From: Methanothermococcus sp. Ax23
GTDB taxonomy: Archaea > AGJL01 > Methanococci > Methanococcales > Methanococcaceae
Length of the DNA stretch: 64,000 bases
Direction of reading: 5' to 3'
Assembly: GCF_049075655.1 (NCBI RefSeq)
Contig: NZ_CP157522.1
Location: forward strand, 800,001-864,000
In this document: piece by piece, positions 18,322 to 29,363 of the stretch
Layout of the letters: each line of letters starts with the position of its first letter
Numbering within the stretch: position 1 is the stretch's first letter
Translations under genes and position numbers: made by a program
The notes under the pieces: model-generated
Database searches by the model: none
What the model saw: the letters and a program-made list of their open reading frames with translations, nothing else
What the model was told of the DNA's origin: nothing

Positions 18322-18846
18322 ATGTTTAAAAAAATTATGTTTTTAATGCTGCTAATTTTTAGTTTATTTGGAATGGTTTATGGTGAAACGATAGATATTG
18401 GAGGTGATTTAAGATTAACAAAAACTGTTCCTTACGATAATTATACTTTCCCTTTGAATATAGATTCAAGTGAAGATAAGTATCTCTTAAGATTTACCCA
18501 TTATGGAGCTGCAACTTTTAACACTACCACTAAAATATATTTATATCTGAATGGTCATCTCATATATACTATCGATGATACAAATAATAAAGCTCCATTT
18601 AATGAGGGTTATGTAAGTGTTCCAGTAGATAAAAGTTATTTTGAAATACATGGGGATAATATTTTGCAATTAGAGGGATCAATCAATAACAATTATTATG
18701 TTGTTAAGGATTTTGAACTAACATATAATAGCACATCTACGGCTTCGACACCTATGAAGGTGCCACCTCCAATTCCTGCGCTAATTCTCAGTATTCTATT
18801 AATTACAATCTTAATTTTAAGAAATAAAAATATGATAAATAATTAA
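18322..18846 (+). CDS. Secreted/surface protein with C-terminal anchor (PIP-CTERM-like)
   Basis: Signal peptide; Ser/Thr linker, then PPPIP, a hydrophobic helix and RNK. Confidence 0.6.
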   Translation: MFKKIMFLMLLIFSLFGMVYGETIDIGGDLRLTKTVPYDNYTFPLNIDSSEDKYLLRFTHYGAATFNTTTKIYLYLNGHLIYTIDDTNNKAPFNEGYVSVPVDKSYFEIHGDNILQLEGSINNNYYVVKDFELTYNSTSTASTPMKVPPPIPALILSILLITILILRNKNMINN

Positions 18847-18856
18847 CATTAAAAAA

Positions 18857-19225
18857 TTATAAAATCTCTTCAACATACATTAGTGGATAATCCAACTCTT
18901 TGATATATCTTAATCTTAACGATGCAATAGTATTATTTACTTTTATCTTTAATTTAACATTTAGCATATTGCCATCCAATGAAACATATTTATCTTCTTT
19001 TAAATCTCCAACAATTTCAACCTTAATATCTTCAACACAAGGTTGATTTTTCATAGCTTCTTCAATGGATTTTTCTAATATCTCCTTATTTTTTAAACTT
19101 ATAGGCGTTCCAACGAATTGATGAAACAGAGCTCCGAGAGTAATACCTCCTTCAAAAACTGCCCTTTCCCTATCTGATAAATTTTTAAAGTAGCTGTTGA
19201 ATATCTCATTTTCTTCAAGTTTCAT
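18857..19225 (-). CDS. mptD: Archaeal dihydroneopterin aldolase
   Basis: RERAVFEGGITLGALFHQFVGTP, QP, C-terminal YPLMY. Confidence 0.85.
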   Translation of the reverse strand: MKLEENEIFNSYFKNLSDRERAVFEGGITLGALFHQFVGTPISLKNKEILEKSIEEAMKNQPCVEDIKVEIVGDLKEDKYVSLDGNMLNVKLKIKVNNTIASLRLRYIKELDYPLMYVEEIL

Positions 19226-19245
19226 AATCTCACCATTAAATTTTA

Positions 19246-20298
19246 TTAACTAATAAATTCTTTTTTAAACATCCCATAACATAAATTTAAAACTTCTTTT
19301 ATAACTTCATCTTTATTTCTTCCCTTCTCATATTTTGCATTTAAACCTGCGGCTTCTGCATGGCCCCCGCCTTTTCCACCCAGTTCCTTTGCAATCTTTT
19401 CCATCAAACTACCCAGATGAACTTTTCTTGAAATGGATTTTCTACATCTCGCACTTATTCTTATTTCTCGGTCTCTCTTCCTCACTGCAACCACAAAGGA
19501 CACATCTGCACCAATGGACACTATTGTTTTTGCACAGGATGCCTCGTGGGAGCTCACATGAGATAGTGCAATAACGCATTTATTTACTTCCTTTAATTCC
19601 ATCCTACTACATGCCTTTAAATGTGCTATTCTCTTACTTTCATCACTTTCCTGAGTAAGAAGGTATAAAATCTTCTGGAAACTTATTCCCTTTATAAGCC
19701 ATGCTATTGTATTGAATGTCCCTTCATTTGCAAGTTTTAAATGCTTTGTATCATAGACGATTCCGCATAATAGGGCAGTTCGGATGTTCTTTGGTGGATA
19801 TATATTCATTTCCCTAAATATATTTGAAACTATTTCACAGGTGGAAGGAGCTCTTTCATTTACAATGTATAAATCGCATAAATTTATTAAATCTGTTTTT
19901 CTATGGTGGTCGATTAAAATTATTTTTGATTCCTTTAATTTATTTTCATCAACAGATACTTGGTTTAAGCTGGATGTATCCACAAAAAAAACCACTTTTG
20001 CCAATTTTGGATAATATACAATCTCAATATTATCGTTTAATTCATCCAATACTGCCCTTGATAATTTGCTTACAGAATTCGCAGATATTCTAATGTTTTT
20101 ATTTTTTGATTTATTTAATGTATTTGCAAGATACTTTAATCCAATAGCTGCACCGACTGCATCAGGGTCTGCATTGTGATGACATAAAAATAATATATCG
20201 TTTTCCTCCCGAAATATTTTTTTAAGCTGGATTAATATATTGTCGTCAGACAATTCACAAATCTTTGATTTGGGTATATTTTCGTTAATCTTATCCAT
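19246..20298 (-). CDS. DHH/DHHA1 phosphoesterase
   Basis: HHNADPDA, IDHH, GGGHAEAAG. Confidence 0.9.
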   Translation of the reverse strand: MDKINENIPKSKICELSDDNILIQLKKIFREENDILFLCHHNADPDAVGAAIGLKYLANTLNKSKNKNIRISANSVSKLSRAVLDELNDNIEIVYYPKLAKVVFFVDTSSLNQVSVDENKLKESKIILIDHHRKTDLINLCDLYIVNERAPSTCEIVSNIFREMNIYPPKNIRTALLCGIVYDTKHLKLANEGTFNTIAWLIKGISFQKILYLLTQESDESKRIAHLKACSRMELKEVNKCVIALSHVSSHEASCAKTIVSIGADVSFVVAVRKRDREIRISARCRKSISRKVHLGSLMEKIAKELGGKGGGHAEAAGLNAKYEKGRNKDEVIKEVLNLCYGMFKKEFIS

Positions 20299-20424
20299 AA
20301 TTACACCAAAAATAGTAGTAAATTAAAATTAAAAAATAGAAAATAAAAACAATATGCATGTTATATACTAAATAATATAAAAATGTTATATTAATGTATA
20401 TTGTTATTTTATTATTTTATCATA

Positions 20425-21186
20425 TTATATCGGAACAACAACGGGTATTCCTTTGTATTCATCCACATGAGCTCTGACGCCATAAACTGCCTCAATATTT
20501 TCAGGAGTAATTACCTCTTTCCCACCTTCTGCAAAAATCTTCCCATCTTTCAGCATTATAAATTTATCGGAAAATCTTAAAGCAAGATTCAAATCATGCA
20601 TTACAATAATTAAGGCAATATTCTTGGATTTTGAAATATCCCTAATAATTTTTAGGGATTCCAGCTGGTTTTTTAAATCAAGATTGTTTGTAGGTTCATC
20701 GAGTAAGAGAACATGAGGTTCTTGAACAAGAGCTCTTGCAATTATCACCTTCTGCAACTCGCCGCCGCTTAATTCATTTGTGTATCTTAAAGCATAATCT
20801 TCCAAATTCATAAGTTTTAAAATATTATTTACTAATTCAATATCTTTTTCTGATATTTCCCATTTTATGTGGGGTTTTCTTCCCAAAAGCACAGTATCAA
20901 ACACAGTCATGTAGTTTCCATCTGCCCGCTGTGGAACATATCCCATTTTCTTTGCAATTTCTAAATTATCCAGTTTATCAATATCATAATTATCTATTAA
21001 TATAGTCCCCTGCTTTGGTTTTAAAATTTTATTTATGCATTTTATAAGTGTTGATTTTCCAGCCCCATTAACTCCAAGAATGGAAACAACATCTCCTCTA
21101 TTAACCTTAAATTTCACATTTTCCAGTATTCTTTTGCTTTTATATGAAAACTCAATGCCATCAACTGAAAGAATCATAATTACCAC
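20425..21186 (-). CDS. Iron-chelate/cobalamin ABC transporter ATP-binding subunit
   Basis: [24 protein letters not shown]. Confidence 0.92.
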   Translation of the reverse strand: MVIMILSVDGIEFSYKSKRILENVKFKVNRGDVVSILGVNGAGKSTLIKCINKILKPKQGTILIDNYDIDKLDNLEIAKKMGYVPQRADGNYMTVFDTVLLGRKPHIKWEISEKDIELVNNILKLMNLEDYALRYTNELSGGELQKVIIARALVQEPHVLLLDEPTNNLDLKNQLESLKIIRDISKSKNIALIIVMHDLNLALRFSDKFIMLKDGKIFAEGGKEVITPENIEAVYGVRAHVDEYKGIPVVVPI

Positions 21187-21190
21187 TTTT

Positions 21191-22237
21191 TTACCTTTTA
21201 TACATTCTCATAATCAGATACAAAAACATCGGAGCTCCCATAAATGACGTTAGTATTCCAACAGGCAATACTATTGGAGATATTATTGTTCTTGCAAATG
21301 TATCGGCAATTAACAACAAAACCGCACCAAATAGTGCTGATATAGGAATTAAAAATCTATAATCTCCACCAATAAATATCCTCACAATGTGGGGGCATAT
21401 AAGCCCTATGAATCCAATTATTCCTAAGAATGCCACATTTACAGCGGTTAACAGTGAAGCTATGAACATCCCTATTAATCTGGTTCTTTCGGTATTAACT
21501 CCCAATGATTTTGCAGTTTCTTCTCCCGCCTCCAATGCGTTGTAGTCCCACCGCTTGTATATAAAATACAACAATGCAGGAATCATAATTGCAACCATAA
21601 TGTATATTTCATCCCATAGCGGTCTTCCCAAGTCTCCAAATGTCCAATAGACCATTGCCGCAAGCTGTAAGTCGTCGGCGAAGTATTGTATCAACATTGT
21701 GGATGCTGTAAATAGTGAGCTCATAGCTACCCCCGCCAAAATCATGGCCTCAGGAGACAACCCCCTCAGTTTTGCAAGCAATAGTATAACAAAAACTCCA
21801 ATTAATGCACCGAGAAATGCAAAAATTGTAATGGAGTAGGGATTATTTACAAATATACGACCTGTGCTTTCTGCACCTCCTGCACCGAGAAGTATTATTG
21901 CGAGTGCGGCACCAAACATTGCTCCATGAGAAATTCCCATTGTAAATGGACTTGCAAGGGGATTCCTTAAAATACACTGCATAACTGCCCCAGCAACAGC
22001 CATGGATACTCCAGCGATTATTGCGGCAAAAACCCTTGGTAATCTAATATTCCAAATAACTAACTCCGCATTACCTGTTCCATTACCTATTAAAGCATCT
22101 ACAACCTGATTGACAGTTAATCTATAATCTCCAACACACATTGCATATATTGCACTTAAAAATAAGATTATTAATAATATAATCCCAAAAGTTATCTTCT
22201 TTTCAGTATATTGTTTATATTTTTGTGGAATATCCAT
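21191..22237 (-). CDS. FecCD-family ABC permease
   Basis: [29 protein letters not shown]. Confidence 0.92.
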   Translation of the reverse strand: MDIPQKYKQYTEKKITFGIILLIILFLSAIYAMCVGDYRLTVNQVVDALIGNGTGNAELVIWNIRLPRVFAAIIAGVSMAVAGAVMQCILRNPLASPFTMGISHGAMFGAALAIILLGAGGAESTGRIFVNNPYSITIFAFLGALIGVFVILLLAKLRGLSPEAMILAGVAMSSLFTASTMLIQYFADDLQLAAMVYWTFGDLGRPLWDEIYIMVAIMIPALLYFIYKRWDYNALEAGEETAKSLGVNTERTRLIGMFIASLLTAVNVAFLGIIGFIGLICPHIVRIFIGGDYRFLIPISALFGAVLLLIADTFARTIISPIVLPVGILTSFMGAPMFLYLIMRMYKR

Positions 22238-22470
22238 ATTATCACATTTAAATTAAATATTGGCTGTAAATTTATTTTATCGACACTGTAATAATATAAT
22301 ATTATGTTAATAAAAATTAGTATTATCCAAAAATTATTATTATCAAATATAAATATTTAGCTGTTTATAATAATTAATCTTAAAAATAGAGAAAATTTCA
22401 TAAAAATAAAATAATTAAATAGGATAGGATGATTGATGGATTTTTTGACCCAATCCTTATTTGAATATTA

Positions 22471-23610
22471 TTATTCAAATTTTAGCTTTTCAAATCCTCC
22501 TAATTTCTCTTTCATTGTATTATAAACTGATTTTCCTACAAGGAATGTGTATATTTCGTCTGCTTTCTGCTCTGGATTAATGTCCTTAAATTCATCTGGA
22601 TAAATTACTTTTCCCACATAATAGGCATCTGCCAATGCTGTGCCAACGTTTGTTGTGTAGTAGTTGTAAGGGAGAAGTCCATAAACATTTCCGTCTTTAA
22701 ATGCCTTCAATGAGTTGTAATACTCAGGATTTTTACTATAATCTTCTCTAACAAGTTTTATACCGCCTTCATCAATAAATATTATATCTGGATTCCACTT
22801 TAAGAGCTGTTCCTTTGTTATGAACACATGTGAAGGTTTGTTTAATTCATCTACAACATTTTCTGCATTAACTGCCATGAATGGCGGATAATTACAGGAT
22901 GTGCTGTCAATTCCATGCATTCCTTTGAATCCTATCCCTCCAACATATACTGTTGGTTTTTTATCATCTGAGATATTCTTTGTTCTCTCGTTTAAATCGG
23001 TCTGGCAATCTTTTATAAATTTAACAACTTCACTTGCTCTTCCTTCTTTGCCCAATATTTTTCCCGCGAGCTCTATGGAATCAAATAACTCCTTGTTATT
23101 AAATGTTGCCAATTTTCCATAACTCAAAACAACAACAGGAATGCCTGTTTTTTGTTGCAAATCATTTGCCTGTCCCTCCGTTATGTAGCATGCAAATACT
23201 ACATCAGGTTTAACCTTAATAAGTTCCTCAGGGTTTGGCTTTGGACTAGGTCCGCCCTGTCCAATAGTTGGGAGCTCTGCAAATTCTGGATGAGCTATTC
23301 TGTATGGTCTCCCGTAGATACTCCATTTCTTTTCTGCATCTTCTACACCAACAACTCTATCTGTTGCATTTAGGTAGGTAATTAACCTTAAACATCCCGG
23401 CCCTACACACACTATTTTATTTACATCCTTGGGGACTTCAACTTCCCTTCCAAGCATGTCTGTTATTTTTATTTTTCCTGTATCTTCATTTATGGCTACT
23501 CCTGTCTGTGTCTGTGTGGTAGTTCCATTGACATTAGTTCCGCCCATACATCCGCAGAATCCAACTGCCACAATAAAGATTGTTAATAATCCTATTAATT
23601 TTTTTAACAC
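22471..23610 (-). CDS. Iron-chelate ABC substrate-binding lipoprotein
   Basis: GFCGC lipobox, [20 protein letters not shown]. Confidence 0.9.
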   Translation of the reverse strand: MLKKLIGLLTIFIVAVGFCGCMGGTNVNGTTTQTQTGVAINEDTGKIKITDMLGREVEVPKDVNKIVCVGPGCLRLITYLNATDRVVGVEDAEKKWSIYGRPYRIAHPEFAELPTIGQGGPSPKPNPEELIKVKPDVVFACYITEGQANDLQQKTGIPVVVLSYGKLATFNNKELFDSIELAGKILGKEGRASEVVKFIKDCQTDLNERTKNISDDKKPTVYVGGIGFKGMHGIDSTSCNYPPFMAVNAENVVDELNKPSHVFITKEQLLKWNPDIIFIDEGGIKLVREDYSKNPEYYNSLKAFKDGNVYGLLPYNYYTTNVGTALADAYYVGKVIYPDEFKDINPEQKADEIYTFLVGKSVYNTMKEKLGGFEKLKFE

Positions 23611-23799
23611 TATATCACCTTTTTGTGTGATAATATAATATTTGGAACAGTTATTATATATAAATAACTTTATGATATAATTTATTTAATAGTATTATAA
23701 ATATAATTTTTATAATAATAAGAATTATGGACCCCCAAAAAGTTATTTAAATGATATTTATCAGAAATAATTTATTAATTAATAATTGTGAGGGAAATA

Positions 23800-25026
23800 A
23801 TGGATGCAGTTATATTATGTGCGGGAAAAGGAACAAGATTAATGCCTTTAACTGAAAACAGACCAAAACCAATGATTCCAATAGCAGGGAAGCCGATTTT
23901 GGAGCATATAATTGGTAAAATTGAGGATTTTGTAGATAATATATATTTGATTGTAAAGTATAAAAAGGAAATAATAATAAACCACTTCAAAAATCACCCG
24001 AAAATAACCTTTATAGAACAGAAAGAAATTGATGGAACAGGATATGCTGTTTTAATGGCAAAGAACCATATAAATGATGATTTTTTAGTAATAAACGGCG
24101 ATGTTATTTTTGACGACGATTTAAAAGATATTATGCATTATAAAAATGCAATGGCATTAACTGAGGTAGATAATCCTGAAAATTTTGGGGTGGTAGTTTT
24201 AGATGATGAAGATAATATAATAGAATTACAGGAAAAGCCGAAAAATCCAAAATCCAACCTTATAAATGCAGGCATATATAAATTTGAAAAAAATATATTT
24301 GAGATATTGGAAAATTTAAAACCATCGGAGAGGGGGGAGGTAGAGCTCACCGATGCTATAAAGGAGCTCATCCAAAATGGAAATATAAAGGGTATAAAAT
24401 TAAATGGATATTGGAACGATATTGGAAGACCTTGGGACTTGCTCGATGCAAATAAACATCTTTTAAAAGATATTAAAACTAATATAAGGGGAAAAATTGG
24501 AAAAAATGTTGTAATTGAGGGAAATGTAATAATAGAAGAAGGAGCAGAGATAAAACATAACACTGTAATTGAAGGACCCGCAATAATTAAATCTGGTGCA
24601 ATTGTTGGACCATTGGCATACATTCGACCAAATACCGTTTTGATGGAAAATACAGGAGTTGGAAACTCATCAGAGGTAAAAGGAAGCATTATAATGAAAA
24701 ATACAAAGGTTCCTCATCTTTCCTATGTAGGGGACAGTATCATTGGAGAAAACTGCAATATCGCCTGCAATACCATTACGGCAAATTTAAGATTTGATGA
24801 TAAGCCTGTTAAAGTAAGTATAAAAGGAAAAATTGTTAAAAGTGTTAGAAAACTTGGAGTAATAATGGGGGATAATGTAAAAACAGGAGTTCAAGTTTCG
24901 TTCATGCCAGGAGTTAAAATTGGGAGCTCCTGCTGGATTGGGGCAAACTGTTTAATTGATAGAGATGTGGAATCAGATAGTTTTGTTTATAAAAAGGAGG
25001 AGATAATAAAAACCAAAAGAGAATAA
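23800..25026 (+). CDS. glmU: Bifunctional sugar-1-phosphate nucleotidyltransferase/acetyltransferase
   Basis: ILCAGKGTRLMPLT, ERGEVELTD and hexapeptide repeats; ATG 23800 after GAGGG. Confidence 0.88.
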   Translation: MDAVILCAGKGTRLMPLTENRPKPMIPIAGKPILEHIIGKIEDFVDNIYLIVKYKKEIIINHFKNHPKITFIEQKEIDGTGYAVLMAKNHINDDFLVINGDVIFDDDLKDIMHYKNAMALTEVDNPENFGVVVLDDEDNIIELQEKPKNPKSNLINAGIYKFEKNIFEILENLKPSERGEVELTDAIKELIQNGNIKGIKLNGYWNDIGRPWDLLDANKHLLKDIKTNIRGKIGKNVVIEGNVIIEEGAEIKHNTVIEGPAIIKSGAIVGPLAYIRPNTVLMENTGVGNSSEVKGSIIMKNTKVPHLSYVGDSIIGENCNIACNTITANLRFDDKPVKVSIKGKIVKSVRKLGVIMGDNVKTGVQVSFMPGVKIGSSCWIGANCLIDRDVESDSFVYKKEEIIKTKRE

Positions 25027-25042
25027 AATATAACATTCCCTT

Positions 25043-26263
25043 TTATTCATTTATTTCTGAAAATACTTCATCCAATGCATCAACCAATTCATCAATATGC
25101 TCTTTTTTCACAATAAGTGGGGGGAGGAATCTTAAAACTGTGTCTGATGTGCAGTTTATCAAATAGCCTTTTTCAAGCATTTTTTTAACAATATCTCCAC
25201 CGTTAAAGGACAATTCCATACCTATCATTAATCCCATTCCTCTAATTTCCTTTATGAATGGATATTTATCTTTGAGATTCTTTAATTTGGTAATAAAATA
25301 ATCTCCCATTTTTTGGGTGTTTTGTAGGAGCTCTTCCACAATACTAACAGAAGCATAGGCACTTGCACAGGCAAGTTGATTACCTCCAAATGTTGTCCCA
25401 TGGCTTCCTGGGGTAAATGCATCAGCTATTTCTTCCTTTGCAAGTGTTGCACCTATTGGGAATCCAGCACCAAGAGCCTTTGCAAGGGTGAGTATATCTG
25501 GTTTGATGTTATAATGTTCGTATGCAAACATTTTTCCAGTTCTACCCATACCGCATTGAACTTCGTCGAATATTAAGACAATGTTTTTATCATCGCATAA
25601 GTCTCTAACGCCTTTTAAATAGTCCTTATCTGCAATATATACTCCTCCTTCCCCTTGGACCGGTTCAAGCATTATTGCAGTAGTTTTATTGGTTATATTT
25701 TCCTTTAAAGCTTCTAAATCGTTAAATGAGACATATTTAAATCCTCTTGGAAGAGGTTCATATCCTTCTTGATATTTTGGTTTTGCCGTTGCTGTTATTG
25801 TGGTTAAAGTCCTTCCGTGGAAACTGTGTTCCATCGTAATTATTTCCCCTTCACCGATGCCGTTGTTTTTACCGTATTTTCTTGCAAGTTTTATTGCAGC
25901 TTCGTTTGCCTCTGCACCGCTGTTTGAGAAAAAAGCCCTATCTAATCCACTTAATTCAACAAGTTTTTTTGCCAGTTTTACCTGTGGCACTATATAGTAT
26001 ATATTTGATGTGTGCATAAGGGTTTCAGCTTGCTTTTTTATAGTTTCAACTACTTCTGGGTTGCAGTGTCCAATATTATTTACGGCAATTCCCGCAAGGA
26101 AATCTAAGTATTTCCTACCATTTATGTCTTCAACATACATTCCTTCCCCTTTAACAAGAACAACAGGCAATCTTCCATAGGTTTTCATTATATATTTTTC
26201 ATCTTCTTCCATTATGCTTTTTTCGTCTATGTTGCAATATATTTCATCGAAAAATTTAGCCAT
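25043..26263 (-). CDS. argD: Acetylornithine aminotransferase
   Basis: SGAEANEAA, FHGRT, EPVQGEGG, DEVQCG, AKAL, HGTTFGGN; start moved to ATG 26263 after GGTGA. Confidence 0.92.
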   Translation of the reverse strand: MAKFFDEIYCNIDEKSIMEEDEKYIMKTYGRLPVVLVKGEGMYVEDINGRKYLDFLAGIAVNNIGHCNPEVVETIKKQAETLMHTSNIYYIVPQVKLAKKLVELSGLDRAFFSNSGAEANEAAIKLARKYGKNNGIGEGEIITMEHSFHGRTLTTITATAKPKYQEGYEPLPRGFKYVSFNDLEALKENITNKTTAIMLEPVQGEGGVYIADKDYLKGVRDLCDDKNIVLIFDEVQCGMGRTGKMFAYEHYNIKPDILTLAKALGAGFPIGATLAKEEIADAFTPGSHGTTFGGNQLACASAYASVSIVEELLQNTQKMGDYFITKLKNLKDKYPFIKEIRGMGLMIGMELSFNGGDIVKKMLEKGYLINCTSDTVLRFLPPLIVKKEHIDELVDALDEVFSEINE

Positions 26264-26417
26264 TAAATCACCATAATTTAAATGATTATTATAATAAATT
26301 AGTTGCATATTTATAAATATAAAATTAACTAATACCATAATAAAAATAGACATAATAAAAATTAAAATAAATAAATTAAGTGAATTAAAAAATGAAATAT
26401 AAATTAAAAGTGAGATT

Positions 26418-27026
26418 ATGCACTATTTTTCTGAAAAACCAGAATCAGCACATAAAGAAATGACAATTGAAGGAATTTTAAGGAATAAAAAACTTATTTT
26501 TAAAACAGATACTGGAATATTTTCCCCTAAAAAAATAGATAAGGGCACAAAAATATTGGTTGAAGCACTGGAATTAAATAAAACCGATGATGTGCTTGAT
26601 ATTGGTTGTGGATATGGTGTTGTTGGCATAGCAATAGCCGATGAGGTAAATTCCATAACAATGACTGATATAAACAAACGGGCAGTAAAGCTTGCAAAAG
26701 AAAACATAAAATTAAACGATATAAGTAAGGATAAAGATATAACGGTTGTTCAGGGGGATTTATACGAAAATGTTAAGAATAAAAAATATGATGTAATTAT
26801 TTCAAATCCTCCAATAAAAGCAGGAAAGGAAATAATTCATAGAATAATAAAGGAAGGAAAGGAACTTTTAAAAGATAACGGTAGCATCTGGGTAGTTATC
26901 CAAACAAAACATGGGGCAAAATCACTTACAAAATTTATGGAAGAAGTTTTTGGAAATGTGGAAATAATAACCATTAAGGGAGGATATAGGGTATTAAGGT
27001 CTAAAAAATATAAATTAAGGCATTAA
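26418..27026 (+). CDS. Class I SAM methyltransferase, RsmC/MTS-like
   Basis: LDIGCGYG, ISNPP, IDKGT. Confidence 0.88.
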   Translation: MHYFSEKPESAHKEMTIEGILRNKKLIFKTDTGIFSPKKIDKGTKILVEALELNKTDDVLDIGCGYGVVGIAIADEVNSITMTDINKRAVKLAKENIKLNDISKDKDITVVQGDLYENVKNKKYDVIISNPPIKAGKEIIHRIIKEGKELLKDNGSIWVVIQTKHGAKSLTKFMEEVFGNVEIITIKGGYRVLRSKKYKLRH

Positions 27027-27158
27027 TATAAAGTTCCAACCGACACGAAGCGAAGCGTAGTGGAGGTTGGATTTGAATAGCAAACTTTTTTAAAGTTTGC
27101 GTGGGAATAATAACCATTAAGGGAGGATATAGGGTATTAAGGTCTAAAAAAATATAAA
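26958..27158. repeat. 57-bp direct repeat (26958-27014 and 27101-27158) flanking a hairpin-rich insert
   Basis: gtgg(a/g)aataataaccattaagggaggatatagggtattaaggtctaaaaaa(a)tataaa occurs twice; between the copies are stems tccaacc..ggttgga and gcaaacttt..aaagtttgc. Confidence 0.9.
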
Positions 27159-27196
27159 ATGAAAAAATATAAAATAAATATAAAATAGGGGTATTT

Positions 27197-27892
27197 ATGA
27201 TAAATTATATATTTGGTTTAATAGGGCTTCTTGTGGCATCAATACAGGATTTTAGAAGTAGGGAGATTGAGGATTATATTTGGATATCCATGGTAGTTTT
27301 TGGATTGGGGTATCATATATATTTATCAATTACCACTGGAAATTACTATTATTTAATCAATTCCATTTCTGGATTTGTGTTGTGTTTTATATTGGGCTAC
27401 TTAATGTTTTTATGCGGCGTAGGGGGAGGAGATGGCAAAGTGTTAATGGGTATGGGAGCTCTCACTCCAAAGTATGACATGCCGATTCATTCCACTTTTG
27501 GAAGTATTTTAAATATCAATTACATCCCCACATTTCCAATAATGGTGTTTATAAACGGCATGTTTTTTATGATTTTTTTGCCAATAATTATTCTTTTAAA
27601 GAATCTTATAAATGGAGCTAAACCAAAGAGTATTAAACAATTTATTATATTATGCTTTGGAGAAAAAATGAAGGTTAAGGATGCAAAAGATAAAAACAGG
27701 CTTATAATGGGTCGTGAAGATGATTTTAAATTTTTTCCTTCGTCAGAAGATGACGATTTTTCAAAATATGATGACAATGAATATATCTATGTAACCCCTA
27801 TGATTCCCCTGATAATTCCCATCACAATATCTTATATAATTACCCCATTTATCGGAGATTATTTAATTTATCTACTAATTCCGTTCAAATAG
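27197..27892 (+). CDS. flaK: Preflagellin (prearchaellin) peptidase
   Basis: [17 protein letters not shown] (GxGD), multiple TM helices, YVTPMIP. Confidence 0.88.
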   Translation: MINYIFGLIGLLVASIQDFRSREIEDYIWISMVVFGLGYHIYLSITTGNYYYLINSISGFVLCFILGYLMFLCGVGGGDGKVLMGMGALTPKYDMPIHSTFGSILNINYIPTFPIMVFINGMFFMIFLPIIILLKNLINGAKPKSIKQFIILCFGEKMKVKDAKDKNRLIMGREDDFKFFPSSEDDDFSKYDDNEYIYVTPMIPLIIPITISYIITPFIGDYLIYLLIPFK

Positions 27893-27911
27893 CAAACATT
27901 ATAAAAAATAA

Positions 27912-28760
27912 TTAAAATAATTCGATATTATATAATCTCTCAATATTTTCCTTATGAATTTTATAAACTCCCTCCTCATCAAGTAATCCCGAATCTATAA
28001 GTTTTTTTGTCCTTCTTGGAACTGTTTTTATCCCTAAAACAACGCCCGGTCTTTTTAAATCATCTATGTAATCTGTTTCCATCACAAATCTAAGGGACTT
28101 TTTTACAGCTTCTGATACTGGTTTAGATGCCACTATTGAAGGAAATATTCCATATTTTTCCCCTTCCAACACCATATCTCCACAGTGATGTTTTATAACC
28201 TTTTCAGGATTTAAATTAACGGATTTAGCCATATCTCTGAATTCTTTAAACTGCTCCTCCGACGCACTTTCAGCATGGATTTGCATGGCACAATTTAGGT
28301 CTTTTGCAATTTCCATTGAATATAGTAGTATCTCATTTGAAGCTTCCCATATTTCATTATTTACTGGATAGTGGGGTCTTCCAACTTCTCCAATTCCGAC
28401 TAAGTAATCATTTTCCTCAATAAGCTTTTTTGCGTAGTCAAGGGCATCAATCATTTTGTTTTTTGCTTCGTTTAGTTCCATGCCTTTATTTATCATTACG
28501 GTGAGCTCCGCAGGATGGACACCAACTAAACCATAGGCACTAACACCATCCACATTTTTATTTATGATTTCAATGTCCTTTATTAACACATCCATTGGCT
28601 TTTTTAAGTCGCCATTGAAGGCAGGTTTATTCAAGACAATCATTACCTTTCCACCGGCATTTTTAAAGATTTTTGCAACCTTTTCAGCACCGTATCCATT
28701 TACTCCATCTACATGAATATGGTTGTCAGTAATTGGAAGGTTTTTTATATCGACATTCAT
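27912..28760 (-). CDS. TatD-family metal-dependent hydrolase
   Basis: DNHIH, GVHP, IGEVGRPHY, QIHAE, METD. Confidence 0.88.
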   Translation of the reverse strand: MNVDIKNLPITDNHIHVDGVNGYGAEKVAKIFKNAGGKVMIVLNKPAFNGDLKKPMDVLIKDIEIINKNVDGVSAYGLVGVHPAELTVMINKGMELNEAKNKMIDALDYAKKLIEENDYLVGIGEVGRPHYPVNNEIWEASNEILLYSMEIAKDLNCAMQIHAESASEEQFKEFRDMAKSVNLNPEKVIKHHCGDMVLEGEKYGIFPSIVASKPVSEAVKKSLRFVMETDYIDDLKRPGVVLGIKTVPRRTKKLIDSGLLDEEGVYKIHKENIERLYNIELF

Positions 28761-28769
28761 AATTTCACC

Positions 28770-29195
28770 TTAATCCCACATATACAAAGCATTCCCCTTA
28801 TAATTAATCAATTTCAAATCACTTATTGGCGTTTCCCCATAAAGTGGTTTTATTAGTAATGGGATGTTGTATTTTTTACATATATCCAATATAAACGGTT
28901 GTAGGTCCCTTGGTGGTCTTATAGAGTATATTAAATCTGCATCTTTATAAACATCCAATTTTGGATTAAATATATCATCAACAAAGGCGTTTAATCCTTC
29001 TTTTTTTGCCTTTTCTATTGCGTCCTTATTTGCATCTATTACTATTAAATTTAAATTTTCATAATTATTAAGTGATTTTGCCACATTAAAATAATATCCA
29101 ATTCCTATTTCTATTATTTTAAATGATTCGCTGTTTTTTTTATTGTTTTTATTTTTAATATAGTTTTTAATAATATAATCGCATACATAATCCAC
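28770..29195 (-). CDS. UPF0146 family protein
   Basis: IEIGIG, DDIFNP, IYSIRPP; GTG start after GGTGA. Confidence 0.8.
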   Translation of the reverse strand: MDYVCDYIIKNYIKNKNNKKNSESFKIIEIGIGYYFNVAKSLNNYENLNLIVIDANKDAIEKAKKEGLNAFVDDIFNPKLDVYKDADLIYSIRPPRDLQPFILDICKKYNIPLLIKPLYGETPISDLKLINYKGNALYMWD

Positions 29196-29246
29196 AATAT
29201 CACCACTGAATATAATTATAATTATCATATATAATACTGTGATAGT

Positions 29247-29363
29247 TCAGAAAAACTTCAGTTTTTCTATGTCATTGCCTAAAAAGAGAAAAAACGGTAA
29301 TAACATCTGAAAAACCTTCGGTTTTTCTATGTTATCACTAAAAAAAGAAAAATCGTGATAACA
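29247..29363. repeat. Two tandem copies (59 and 58 bp) of a double-hairpin element
   Basis: Units 29247-29305 and 29306-29363; stems gaaaaac/gtttttc and atgttatcac/gtgataacat; third copy at 48287-48346. Confidence 0.85.

Noticed and set aside
29247-29363. Tandem repeat as a mini CRISPR array for the orphan Cas module
   Set aside because: The units are contiguous with no unique spacers, ~59 bp long, tied to start codons and 16 kb from the cas genes.
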